A stretch of DNA of 63,056 nt, counting the filler, from Octopus bimaculoides (taxonomy: Eukaryota), in assembly GCF_001194135.2 (NCBI RefSeq). It is 5 parts of 5 records of this genome, joined end to end, with 100 filler letters (N's around TTAATTAATTAA, not from the genome) between each part and the next. Parts side by side here need not be neighbours in the genome. Positions count along the whole stretch, not along the records: positions 8,433 to 19,112 come from NC_069008.1; positions 19,213 to 28,105 come from NC_068983.1; 3 more parts are not named here. One strand, given 5' to 3'. Below are positions 11,694-23,878 of the stretch, in pieces. The translations under genes and the position numbers were made by a program. The notes under the pieces are model-generated. The model ran no database searches and was not told the origin of the DNA. It saw nothing but the letters and a program-made list of their open reading frames with translations. The first letter of the stretch is position 1, and the number at the start of each line of letters is the position of its first letter.

Positions 11694-12810
11694 ATATATT
11701 GAAGCATCTTAATTCAAAATTTCCTAACCATAGCATTAGTACATTCTGCGGCAATGCTTTAGCAGAATCACACAATTGTGATAGTCATGCTATGGGTTCC
11801 TTTATAAAGCAATTATTTAATTAATTTCTACCTTCAGCTCTTTAGAACTTAAAATATCTATTGATACCAATCTAACCAAAACTGACTTTTTAAATGTTTC
11901 CTTAGATCTTAAAACTAATTCATATAAACCCTTTCGTGAACCTAATGAGAACCTTAAATATATTAATAAACATTCCTGTCAACAATCTATTATATTTAAA
12001 ATCTTAAGTCTAAATATTAGCTGTAGGATCACATGCTTTTCTTCTAAAGAAATATTTGCAAAGGCTGCTCCATATCATAAATCCTACAGGATAGTGGCTT
12101 TACTGATAACACCTTCTACAACTCCCCCCACCTCTTCTATCATCTAGTTGTAAGAATAGGTCTTGGAAAGATTTATGGTTTACATCCCCTTTCTCCCTTA
12201 ATGTTAAGACAGATGTAGGTAGAAGCTTCTTGCACTTAGTAGAAATCCACTTCCCTAGAACCCATAAATATAATAAAATCTTTTACAGACACGCAATAAA
12301 AGTTACCTTTTCTTGTCCTTCTAATTTTAAGTCATATATCAATAAGTAACAGATTACTGGATGCACAGGCAGAGACAAGTATAACTGTCCTCTAGGACAA
12401 AAGTATGATATATCTTCCATTGTTTATGAAGCACAGATTTCAGCAAATTATGACAATGGTCATACAATATCAAATGTTATATCAGAGCCATGGAAGGGAA
12501 ATTTAAATTTTGGAATTTTGGTACTGTGATAAGAGACATTCAACAATCCTTTAGGCTTTAATCTGGAAATTTGAAGATGACAGGACCAATTTTGATATCA
12601 AATGGAAAATACTCTCAAAATCCAGTCCCTATATTAATGGCTCTAAAAAATGTTCAGTGTGTTTGCTTGAAAAACTGTATCTATTAAAACTCTTGAGAAC
12701 TTCCAACAAATACATAAATTCAAGGAATGAGATTTTTTTCTTTATATCCCCATTTCAAAAAATACATCTTGCCAGAATTTAAAAGTAGACCAACAGACAC
12801 CTAGTATACC
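11694..12810 (+). mobile_element. Penelope-like element, RT C-terminus plus GIY-YIG endonuclease (pseudogene)
   Basis: YILKHLNSKFP, LKISIDTNLTKTDFLNVSLDLKTNSYKPFREPNE, WFTSPFSLNVKTDVGRSFL and KWKILSKSSPYINGSKKCSVCLLEK; joins in frame to 9270-9773 once the inserts are removed. Confidence 0.9.
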
Positions 12811-13469
12811 ATTACCATCTGGTTTATATCTGCTTGATGTTGAATTGTTGTAACATTTGTTATCTCCCTTATGTTTTTCCTTTATGTCTTCTTTACAAGC
12901 ATCTCTTGTTTAGATGTTAACTGTTCAAAAGACAATTGACAAACGATCTTGCTTTCAGCTTAATAAATAGGTGAATAAATTATCATTTTGACCACAAAAT
13001 CCAGAGTAGCTATAATTGCAAGATTTTTGGGTTTTAATTTAAGATGATATATATATACACACACACAATAATACATATATACATACATATCAATTTAATA
13101 CACATACTGAAAGAGCTACTGATAGTCTCATTCTTTTATGATACTTTAACTTGGCTATGTTTATGTGTGAGATATATCTTTAAAAAAAAAGGAAGCTGGA
13201 CAGCGAGAAAATAAGAAAGGAACAAGAAAGAAAACGTGAAGAAGGTTGATGCAGAAAATGGAATGAGAAGGAAGAAATGAAAGAAAGACAACTAAGATCC
13301 CTGTCCTCTCTGATGCAGAAACCACAATTAATGTAACTGGTATAGAATAAAATAACAGAAAATATGTCACAGTCTGCAAGACAGCAATGCAATCCAGATC
13401 AGGTGGTCTCCTCTTGTTCAACAAAAGAAGCCTATCCATGTAGGATAGGTTTTCAACAAAAGAAGCCTA

Positions 13470-13990
13470 TCCTAAAAGTTTCAGATTTGGAATTAAGCAG
13501 TGTGTTGGAATTCTTGGATCTAAGAAAAATATGAGCTCTTTGTGCTATGCATAAGTTGCATTTCTTAGATCCATTAATATATGGCTTCAATTTTTCAACA
13601 GTTCTTCACTTGGTTGTATTTGGTGTGGAGTTCATCTTCAAACTCCATGCCAGAAAGAAGATAGGTGGTTTGCATAACGTTTTTTGAAATTGCCTTCACA
13701 TGACTCAATATAATTCTTGAAGTTTTGCACTTACGTCTACCTCATATATGTTGGATTTTATCATACAAGTAGGCAAGATTCAGGGTCTCAACAGTTACAA
13801 CTGCGAGTGGGCTCTTGGTGATTTTCACAAGTTATAATGTTCACCATATTGGGGCAGCAGCTGTAAGATATTTCAAAAAGTTAGTTCACAACCCCACTGA
13901 CCAGACTGTGGTATGCATGCATTTTACACATACTTGTCTACAGCAAGAAATTTTCTCCAAGACTAAATAAAGTGAATGACTTTATTATGG
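13470..13990 (-). mobile_element. Second Penelope-like GIY-YIG fragment, opposite orientation
   Basis: Minus frames read ISYSCCPNMVNII..SCNC and KLKPYINGSKKCNLCIAQRAHIFLRSKNSNTLLNSKSE. Confidence 0.75.
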
Positions 13991-14185
13991 GTTCGAATAT
14001 GCTTAAAGCATATTTGAACTGGTAACAAATTTGTGTCTATACATATGAGGTTGTAGAGTTCTTGTATGAGCATGTGTGTGTGTGTGTGTGCATGTGTATA
14101 TTAGTAACTTTTCCTGAGAATTTAGGGTACCTTACATTGAAATATTGAAATACAAGGTAATAGCACTCACCATCGACCTGTATTA

Positions 14186-14412
14186 TTCTCCTTTAAGTAT
14201 TCAGATTACTCCATGAAATGTCATGCTTATTTATTCACATCATTTTGAATTAATTATGTATTATCTTGTAACGTTGAGATTTTGCTGATGTAGTTGTTTC
14301 TTTTTAAAATGACATTCTAGGGTAGGCATGAGAGGTCAGATCTGGCCAGTTTAAACATAAAACAAGTAGAATATTTAGGCTGAGATTGGCTGGTTTAAAT
14401 GCTAAAGAGTTA
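14186..14412. mobile_element. Degenerate copy of the TTAA-type MITE at 40691-40911
   Basis: Ends in AAATGCTAAAGAGTTAA; internal sequence resembles the reverse complement of 40691-40911. Confidence 0.6.
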
Positions 14413-14459
14413 ATTTTATATAACTTGCATTTAAAACATGTCTGTATACATATATATAT

Positions 14460-15230
14460 CACCATCATCATCATTGTTAAATGTCCATCTTCCATGCACG
14501 CGTGGTAGGATGGTTGTTAGTAGCTGGCCAGGTAGCAGATTAACCCAGGCTACTGTGTCTGTTTTGGTAAAGTTTTTATGGCTGGATGCCCTTCCTACAC
14601 CAACCACTCTTCAGGGTGGACTGAGTGCGTTTTACTAGCACAAGCGAGGTCATTTTTGGCATGATTTTTACAACTGGATGTCCTTCCAAATGCCAGCCAT
14701 TCTACAGTGTGGACTTGAGAAGGGGAGTGAGAGGTACGAGAAAGAAGACAGAAACAGGTGTGCTGCTGTAGAGGAGATACTTGACGACCTAGCCAGAGGG
14801 AAGAGCAAGGGAAAGAGTGAGAGAGAGAGAGAGTGGGAAACAGAAAAAGTGCAAGGGAGAACAGGAGAGAGATGGTGGTGAAGTGCCAGGGAACACTCAC
14901 AAGTAAGAAGGATCAGAGCATATGTGGGATGGTAGAGTGAGGAAGAGAGAGAGAGGTAAATGGTGACAATTGCTAGGGCATACCCTGAAGGTATGGAGGT
15001 CAAAATATACGTGGCCAAGTATTGCCAAGAAGGTACAAGTAGGGAGTTGGGGTTGCAATGACTGGTGAAAACCTGGGTAGAAAGATGAGGTGGAGGAGCA
15101 ACGATACAGTAAGCAGGGCAGGGAAGGGCAGGGAAGGGCAGGGAAGAGGAGACAATTATAGTGTATGAAGAGGAAACTTGAGGAAGAGAAAGATGCAGTT
15201 TAGAAGAGATGTAGTTTGGTTTCTGTTCAG
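14460..15230 (-). mobile_element. RTE-type 3' UTR variant (family A end plus pyrimidine-rich upstream part)
   Basis: 14460-14640 is the reverse family A tail; a second tail-like block lies at 14660-14720; the upstream part is uncertain. Confidence 0.45.
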
Positions 15231-15339
15231 TTTTTGTTGACACTAAACTTCAAGCACTCAAGTGGTTAACTTCAATTTGTCTCTTGCATATGTATACTCA
15301 GTAGATACTTCCTACTTTAATGTGAACTTGCCATGAGAC

Positions 15340-16050
15340 AGGTTGTATTTCATGTGCTTGGGATCATCCTTAAAAACAGAGCCAAATAAACATTATTTAC
15401 ACTTCATGCAATTTCATTTTAAAAAAGACAAAACAAAAAGCAGTGGAAATCTGCAGGAAGATATGCACTGTGTATGGAGAGAATGCTATTATGGAACAAG
15501 TGTATCAGTAGTTTTCAAAATTTCAATTGGGAAGTTTTTCAGTCCTCACTCTGGCTGGCCATCTAAGTTTAACAGTGATAAAATAAAAAAGTTAGTTAAT
15601 ACCAACCTCCATTATATGGCCAGGATGATGAGATATTCTCCACATATCGAAACTGTGTGTTGAAAATCTTCTGCATCAACTTGGTTATATCAACAGGTTC
15701 AGTGTTTGGATCCCAACTATTTTCCATTTGCAATTTGTTGTAGAAATGTTAAAAAAAGAAATCGATCCTTTTTTGACGAGAATGGTGATAGGAGATGAGC
15801 AATGTATCATTCTTAACAATGGGAAGTGCAAACCATCATAGAGGAAGTGCAGCAAACCACCACAAACAAACTCTGTAGCAGGACTTCAATTAAAGAAAGT
15901 TATGCTTTCAATTTGGCTGGATTGGAACTGTGATGTCTTTTATGAGCTTCTTCCCATGAACAGGACCATCAATTTAGATGCAGACTGTGATAAGCTGGAC
16001 AAATTAAATTCAGTGATCCACTAGAAGTGTCCAGCCTTAATCGTTTGAAA
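15340..16050 (+). mobile_element. Mariner transposase pseudogene (Mos1-like)
   Basis: Frames read MQFHFKK..HSGWPSKFNSDKIKKLV, DPFLTRMVIGDEQCI and KKVMLSIWLDWNCDVFYELLP..TIN; several stops and frameshifts. Confidence 0.85.
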
Positions 16051-16240
16051 CACAAGACTGAAACCATACCAAGTGGTACTATTCCATCACCATTGGATTA
16101 AAAAATTCAAAGTCACCAGAAGAGAAAAGGAAGAAATCAAATGACAGGAGAGAAAGGTTCAACAAAATCAACCTCATCCTCCATCAACATTACCATGCAG
16201 TCAATGCCATCAACTCTTCTATGCAAGGATTGGTCTATAT

Positions 16241-18110
16241 CAGGGGTTCTCAACCATTTCTTACTTATAGACTCCTTTGATTACTATTTTACTTGTATGC
16301 CGCCACCATTATAGCCATTCAATGCTTAAAAAATATTATTAGAGCTTCTCAAAACTTGTTAAAATATTTTGTGTATTGTAGATGTATAACCAATTTATTG
16401 TGCATAAACTTTAACAATTAAATTCTATGGAAAAGTAAAACGAGTCATAAATATACAAAGACATTTATTAAAAGAAGATAGTACTTTGTTTAATTGCAAG
16501 CCTTGTGATTGATGCTGCTCTGCTAGTTTTGCAATATTCAGCTCCAACACTGTCAAGGAAAAATCAAAGATGACCTCTTTCTACGCTGTTGATTTGATTA
16601 TGAGCTTTGAACAGTAAGTTAATTACATGGCTAAAATCAGATTCAACAAGGTAAGATAAATGAAAAGCAGTAAAGTACAATTGCATTTTCTCTCAGAGTA
16701 GTTGATATTTTGTAGCAGTGTCATTACTTTTCCATCTTTAAATCTTGCCTGAAATATTTCATCATTGCAATCAGTGAGATCCTCCTGCAACATTAACTTC
16801 AAACGGAAGTGTCACCCAGCACTTTCTTTTGTAGGTTACTAAACCAAGCTTGCATATACTCTTTTACTCTTTTACTTGTTTCAGTCATTTGACTGCGGCC
16901 ATGCTGGAGCACCACCTTTAGTCGACCAAATCGACCCCAGGTCTTATTCTATCAGTCTCTTTTGCCGAACTGCTAAGTTACGGGGATGTAAACACACCAG
17001 AATCGGTTGTCAAGCGATGTTGGGGGGGGACAAACACACACACACAAACATATACACACACATACATATATATATATATATAAACACATATATACGACGG
17101 GCTTCTTTCAGTTTCAGTCTACCAAATCCACTCACAAGGCTTTGGTTGGCCCGAGGCTATAGTAGAAGACACTTGCCCAAGGTGCCACGCAGTGTGACTG
17201 AACCCGGAACCATGTGGTTGGTAAGCGAGCTACTTACCACACAGCCACTCTTGTACCTATCATCATACAAGTTTTTCAAATGTTTAGCATACAACATCAT
17301 CATGATGCAGATTACTGATAATTGATTCCAAACTAGGAAATTGTAATAATGCATGGCATGCAGTATTCATTTTCTAGAGCTGTACTTACTCCAGAAAAGC
17401 AGTAATAGCTCCTTTGGAGAATATGAAATCAGAGTTTTCTCATTGAAGCTGTTTATTAAGCAAATTAATTTTATCCATCGAACATACACTAATAAAATAG
17501 CCTTACTATCTCTCAAGGTAGATTCATCAAGTTGAAGAGGAAATTTTTTCACTTGTAATATGGCTACTGGTTGCTTTTCAACATCCTTAGCCATTTCAGC
17601 AATACACCATGACACTGATGAATGACTTAAAAGAAATATACTAGTAATTTCATTTGTATTTTGCTTCATAAGTGATGAAATTATGACAGATGCTGTTGGC
17701 AAAATTACAATTTCATCAACATTATGGGATTTCCCAGCCTTTGCAATAATTTTAGAAATTTCATAGGATGCCAGTAACCCATCATTATTTTTACATAATT
17801 GATTACTAAATATCTGATTCACCATTTTTCTTGCTTGTAATTCATTGCATAGTTTTCTAAATTATTCTGCTGAACTGTTTTTCTTGTCTCTGTGAGTGAT
17901 CTCCAAATGGATTTTAAGCTTAGGTAGCTTCATGCCATCATTTGACAATACAACCATATATATGAGACACATAGGTTTTGTTTCATTCTGTGGTGATAGA
18001 ATAAAGCTGTAAGACAGATAGTCAATGAAATACTGTTGGCATTTCTTTTTAGTCAGAAGGGTGGAATTTTGGTTTAAGCTCCTCATAACTTTTCTATTTT
18101 TTTGGAATCT
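16241..18110 (-). mobile_element. Buster/Charlie-type hAT transposon remnant (ZBED8/SCAND3-like transposase), internally deleted
   Basis: BED-finger region KPMCLIYMVVLSNDGMKLPKLKIHL, core LLASYEISKIIAKAGKSHN..FPLQLDESTLRDSKAILLVYVRW, C-terminal SYLVESDFSHV..ERGHL; TIR CAGGGGTTCTCAACC at 16241 preceded by GTCTATAT (NNNTANNN). The other TIR was not found. Confidence 0.85.
16861..17258 (-). mobile_element. Full-length SINE family B inserted in the hAT remnant
   Basis: Reverse complement of 9774-9805 + 11322-11693. Confidence 0.9.
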
Positions 18111-19212
18111 TCAGGAAAGTTTTGCTAATTTGTCTTCTGCACATGAGAATTCATAAGATTATGCCAAAAAAAGAAGTTTGTGCATGATTTAAGGGCAAGT
18201 TAGCTGTTGATTTTAACACATTTCACGACCACTTGATACCTTTTTCATTTCTTTGCCACTCTGACATGTATTGATATTTTCTGGAAATTCCCAAAAGTTA
18301 TATGGTGTTATATGGGGTGCTTAAACCAGAATTCCACAAACTGATTTAAGTGATGATAACTAACACCGATATTATATTTATCAGTAATGGATTAAAATAA
18401 TTGTAAATTTCTTTCCTTAGAACATATAAAATACCAGTTATAGAAGATATGAAAACTTTCTTACTTTTTCCCTAAAAAACTGACAAACTCGGAGATCAGT
18501 CTTGCAAAAGTATGTTGAAGTTAACTTGGGGTTGCTAAGAACAGAATAATTTTTTATATAAAATCTCTCTTTTTCTCTCTCTCTCTCTCTCTCTCTCCAA
18601 CCCTCTCTCACCATTTTATATACATATATATATATATATTCAAAAATTTCCCTAATTTTTGAATGTTTATTCACATATACAACAATTCCTGTTGCTAATT
18701 GCGAACTACAAGATTAACTCTTTTCAGCTCATCGTACTTCGATACAGGAAAAACTCACAACCTCCTGCACCAATAAACACTATTGTTCTTAAAAGTTGTT
18801 TGTTCTGTGGATTGACTGAAGCTCACTAACTTCCTACATCTTGATCCTTGAATTTTACCTTAATATATATATACACACACACACACACATATATTTACAC
18901 ATATATGTAAATATACATATATTTTTATACATGTATGTATATATATGCATGTGTATATATATATATATATATAAAATATATAGTTTTAGGGAAAATAACC
19001 AATTTTCAAGAACTCATCGATGAAAATCCACTATCACATATAGAAAAATTAATAATTAAAAGCACAATAAATGAGTATAATATAAAGTAAAGTAAATATC
19101 ATAAGATAAATANNNNNNNNNNNNNNNNNNNNNNNNNNNNNNNNNNNNNNNNNNNNTTAATTAATTAANNNNNNNNNNNNNNNNNNNNNNNNNNNNNNNN
19201 NNNNNNNNNNNN

Positions 19213-19385
19213 GTAAAAGCACCGACTACACTCTCTGAGTGGTTGGCGTTAGGAAGGGCATCCAGCTGTAGAAACTCTGCCAAATCAGACTGGAGCCTGG
19301 TGTTGCCATCCGGTTTCACCAGTCCTCAGTCAAATCGTCCAACCCATGCTAGCATGGAAAGCGGACGTTAAACGATGATGATGAT
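19213..19385 (+). mobile_element. RTE 3' end (family A)
   Basis: Near-consensus tail ending GCGGACGTTAAACGATGATGATGAT. Confidence 0.85.
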
Positions 19386-19551
19386 ACATATATACGACGG
19401 GCTTCTTTCAGTTTCCAACTACCAAATCCACTCACAAGGCTTTGGTCGGCCTAAGGCTATAGTAGAAGACACTTTACCAAGGAGCCACACAGTGGGAATG
19501 AACCTGGAACCATGTGGTTGGTAAGCAAGCTACTTACCACACAGCCACTCC
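19386..19551 (-). mobile_element. SINE family B 5' half
   Basis: Reverse complement of the head through GAAAGAAGCCCGTCGTATAT. Confidence 0.85.
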
Positions 19552-19764
19552 AATATAAATATAAATAATGGAAAACAAAGCAATAGATTAAACAATTATA
19601 ATTCAATTATATTTAAATTGAATTATAATTGTTCAATTTACTGTTTTGCTTTCCATTTCTTATTTATATTTACATATTAATAAACTGGATGTTTATTTTT
19701 CATTTACCTATTGGAATAACATTGTTATTGATATAGGTACCTTTCAATCATTAAGCAATAAACA

Positions 19765-20243
19765 GTGCTTGCGAAGACCTGTTGAGTCAAGTGAAGACAT
19801 TGTCGTGGTCGATGCCAGTACGTCCTGACTGGTCCCATGCTGGTGACATGCAAAAATCACCATTAGAGTGTGATCATTGCCAGTGTTGCCTGACTGGCTG
19901 GTAAAACGTAAAAAGCATCATTTGAGTGTAGTCAATGCCAGTGACACCGGCACGACGTAAAAAGCACCATTCGAGCGTGGTCGCTGCTAATGTCACCTGA
20001 GTGGCCCCCGAGATAGTGGCACAAAAAGAGCACCGTTCAAGTGCAGTCAATGCCAGTACTGCCTGACTGGCACGTAAAAAGAACCCACTACACACTTGGA
20101 GTGGTTGGCGTTAGGAAGGGCATCCAGCTGTAGAAACTTTGCTAGATCAGATTGGAGCCTGGTGCAGCTTTCTGGCTTACCAGCCCTCAGTCAAACCGTC
20201 CAACCCGTGCCAGCATGGAAAGCGGACGTTAAACGACCACGAT
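19765..20243 (+). mobile_element. RTE 3' UTR (family A) with about 5 internal tandem units
   Basis: Repeated GCCAGT..CCTGACTGG...ACGTAAAAAGCACCAT units followed by the family A tail. Confidence 0.85.
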
Positions 20244-21645
20244 GTCGATAGGTAATATAAACCAGTAAATTCTTCGGATATTTAATATCTCTTAGGTGAA
20301 TTTTACACCTAGCTAAATTGTTATATAGNNNNNNNNNNNNNNNNNNNNNNNNNNNNNNNNNNNNNNNNNNNNNNNNNNNNNNNNNNNNNNNNNNNNNNNN
20401 NNNNNNNNNNNNNNNNNNNNNNNNNNNNNNNNNNNNNNNNNNNNNNNNNNNNNNNNNNNNNNNNNNNNNNNNNNNNNNNNNNNNNNNNNNNNNNNNNNNN
20501 NNNNNNNNNNNNNNNNNNNNNNNNNNNNNNNNNNNNNNNNNNNNNNNNNNNNNNNNNNNNNNNNNNNNNNNNNNNNNNNNNNNNNNNNNNNNNNNNNNNN
20601 NNNNNNNNNNNNNNNNNNNNNNNNNNNNNNNNNNNNNNNNNNNNNNNNNNNNNNNNNNNNNNNNNNNNNNNNNNNNNNNNNNNNNNNNNNNNNNNNNNNN
20701 NNNNNNNNNNNNNNNNNNNNNNNNNNNNNNNNNNNNNNNNNNNNNNNNNNNNNNNNNNNNNNNNNNNNNNNNNACACACACACACACACACATATATATG
20801 AGTTCCCTCTTTGTTTTCCATATGTATATATATATATATGGAAAACAAAGAAGGAGCTTATTAAAATTCGAAGTAGAAGAAACGAAACTTTAAATAAAGG
20901 GAAATAACTTGTATTGGAGCAGGGAAGATTCATCACTCGAAGGGAGAGAACCTCTTACAATATAGTTTAACCCCGACAAGCGAGAATTGGGAAGCTGACA
21001 GATCTGTGCTGAAAGTAACTGACTCGCCTATTCAGTAAATCCTGCATCTTACTAATTTATCGAATGTTCTTACAAATTAATTTGTTATTTAGAGCTTGCA
21101 TAGGTTTTTTTATTTATAGATTTCTAGCCCTGGTATGTCTAACACAAGAACGATGGACATCACACACACACGTTCGTACGTACGTATGTATGTATGTATG
21201 TACGTATGTATGTATGTATGTATGTATGTATGTATGTATGTATGTTTGTATGTATGTATGTATCTTGCTACTCTGAGTTTCACTCTCGCTCTCTCTCTCC
21301 TACCCATTCTCTCACACATGTGCAATGTGCCTTTTATTCAAGGAAATGTTGGGCATGTATAATAAAGTCACAAAATATCGTCAGTTATTCAGAATCATAT
21401 GAATACTGCTAACTTCACTTTTACTGTTTGTGATAGATTACAAATAATAAATATTTAAATGAACTTAACAACGTTTGTTTGTTATTGAATGGCTAACATG
21501 TGTCTATCACTGCAATCATTTTAGGTTCGAGAAGTACGCCGTAAAATGTAAGGGAAATAACTTAGAAAACTGTTTCAGGAGTTATCGTTCTTGAAACCTG
21601 TTCCATATCGGCAATCGATGCTATGCATTGATTTCAAACAATATT

Positions 21646-22070
21646 CAGTAAACCCTCGATTATCGCGGGTTTTACGTTCCAAATTCTCCCGCGAAGTAGA
21701 AACAATACAAGTGCAAAATAACACCACACACTTGCTTCCAAGTTTCGTTTTCCATACAGTACGTGCGATTCTTTGTTCACTCATCTACGGTATACTACGT
21801 ATTTTCTTTTAATATATTTTAATTAATGTGTAATACAGTGCAGTACTGTACTCTATTTTTATTTATCAATTCATTAATTTTTATGCGTGAAAACTTTTAT
21901 TTTACCACAAAAATAATTAAAACGTAAAAAAAGATATAAATACCTATCGGCCGCAGAAACCCGCGATATAGTGAGGAGACCGCGATATAAATTTACATAT
22001 ATTAAGCAGAAAAATCCGCGATGTACTGAGTGCCCGATAGGTGAACCGCAACAGGGCGAGGGATTACTTG
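21646..22070. mobile_element. Tigger/pogo-like MITE
   Basis: Termini CAGTAAACCCTCG and CGAGGGATTACTTG followed by TA; subterminal CCGCGAT repeats. Confidence 0.75.
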
Positions 22071-22670
22071 TATTGATTTCAAATTTCGGCCCAAGAACAG
22101 CAATTTCAGGGGAGGTGGGGGTAAACATATTAATATTTGGTTCATGTATGTAATCGACTATTCACCCAGCCATTTACTCGTTCGTCCGTCCTTCCGTCCC
22201 TGATTTATTGGATAGTCAGCGCCCATGGCTCTTGATATTTTTTACGGGACCTGCGTTACTGGTGAGAGGAAGGGAGAGGAATAATTCTCAAACCAGAGAA
22301 ATAACCCGAGTGCTTGCAACAGGGTGGATTCAGCAAAGGCTCTCAAGAAATGATGCTAAACCAGGTAGTGGATCAAGTCTTCTACCGTGTTGATATGACT
22401 GCTTGTCTGTCGGTCCGCCTATATCTCTGTCCATCTGTTTGCCTTTTTATCGTTTTAAATGTTTGTAGTTTCCTATGATAGTTTGTCTATCTGTCTGTCT
22501 GCCTGTCTATCTCTCTACCCCTTACTCTTTCACTATATATTCACTATATGAAGTTGTGTGGCTTATATATNNNNNNNNNNNNNNNNNNNNNNNNNNNNNN
22601 NNNNNNNNNNNNNNNNNNNNNNNNNNNNNNNNNNNNNNNNNNNNNNNNNNNNNNNNNNNNNNNNNNNNNN

Positions 22671-22707
<37 letters not shown>

Positions 22708-22709
<2 letters not shown>

Positions 22710-23035
22710 AAGGCGTATGTTTCTTTAGTTACAACGTCGGGCTCACAATCATGAGGTAGTGAGTTCGAATCGTGGACCGAACTGTGTGTTGTGTTCTTGA
22801 GCAAGACACTTTATTTCACGTTGTTCCAGTCCACTCAGCTGTAGAGAGGAGATGCGATGTCACTGGTGCCATGCTGTATCACCCTTTGCCTTTCCCTTGG
22901 ATAACATCAGTGACGTGGAGAGAGAAGGTTGATATGCATGGGTGACTGCTGGTCTTCCATAAACAGCCTTGCCTGGACTTGTGCGAGAGGAACCTTCTAG
23001 GTGCAATCCCATGACCGAAGGGGGTCTTTATCCCT
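22708..23035 (+). mobile_element. tRNA-derived SINE family D with CORE-like domain; other copies near 23470-23712 (-), 31865-32075 (+), 37155-37490 (-), 41232-41505 (+) and 49015-49160 (+)
   Basis: B-box GAGTTCGAATC, then GTTGTGTTCTTGAGCAAGACACTTTATTTCAC..CCACTCAGCTG; the body CCTTTCCCTTGGATAACATCAGTG is shared with 41232-41505. Confidence 0.75.
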
Positions 23036-23039
23036 AACT

Positions 23040-23070
<31 letters not shown>

Positions 23071-23239
23071 CCAATAACAGCTGTCTATCTACCTATCCAC
23101 CTCTCGTTTCAGTCATGTATCAATTAATTTACTTGCATATTCTAACTTTCCATTCTCTCAGCTACTCAGTTCTCTGTCTGCCTTTCTTTCTCTTCCTTAT
23201 CCGCTAATTATGTAGGAATTCATACAGACCGATTTGATG

Positions 23240-23465
23240 ACCAAAAGATTCTAACACCGTTTCTTCCAATACTCTGTATCAGGGATCTCCAACCACCGGG
23301 TCGCAGACCAGTACCAGGCCGCACAGAAAGAGTGAATTCTAAAATTGTATCAAACATCTATTAATTATGTATTTTTGCATTAAATATTTCTTAATTATGT
23401 CAGAAGAATTAAAGGTTCTTCGTGAGTTACAGGCTCATGAAATCGGTTCCCGGAATCTAGGCGGA
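23240..23465. mobile_element. hAT-type MITE remnant
   Basis: Starts CAGGGATCTCCAACC..GGGTCGCAGACCAGTACC; the right end is not intact. Confidence 0.35.
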
Positions 23466-23724
23466 GGCCGATATAGCTTGGCACCAGTAACATCGCATCT
23501 CGTTTTTACAGTTGAGTGAACTGGAACAACATGAAATAAAGTGTCTTGCTCAAGAACACAACACGGTCGGTCGCAGGATTACTCCTTTTTACCAGCGGAA
23601 TGGGCTGGAAAGACCTGAAATGAAGTGTTTTACTCAAAAACACATCACATCGTCCGGTCTAAGAATCGAAACCATAATCTTACGATTACCATAACCACTA
23701 AGCCATGCGCCACCACGTATTATA

Positions 23725-23872
23725 TATGTAATAATCCTTTCTACTAAAGGCCTGAAATTTTGCGGGAGAGGACTAGTCGATTGCATAGGTACTTAATTTA
23801 TCGACCACGAAAGGATGAAAGGCAAAGTCGATCTCGGCGGAATTTGAACTAAGAACGTAACGGCAGACGAAT
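23725..23872 (-). mobile_element. SINE family C fragment
   Basis: GGCAAAGTCGATCTCGGCGGAATTTGAACT is shared with 37635-37855. Confidence 0.75.
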
Positions 23873-23878
23873 TACCAA

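Noticed and set aside
13161-13439. Hydrophobic 92-aa ORF that looks like a membrane protein
   Set aside because: It is the antisense of a purine-rich stretch; the plus frame (KLDSEKIRKEQERKREE..) has stops and neither strand is assignable.
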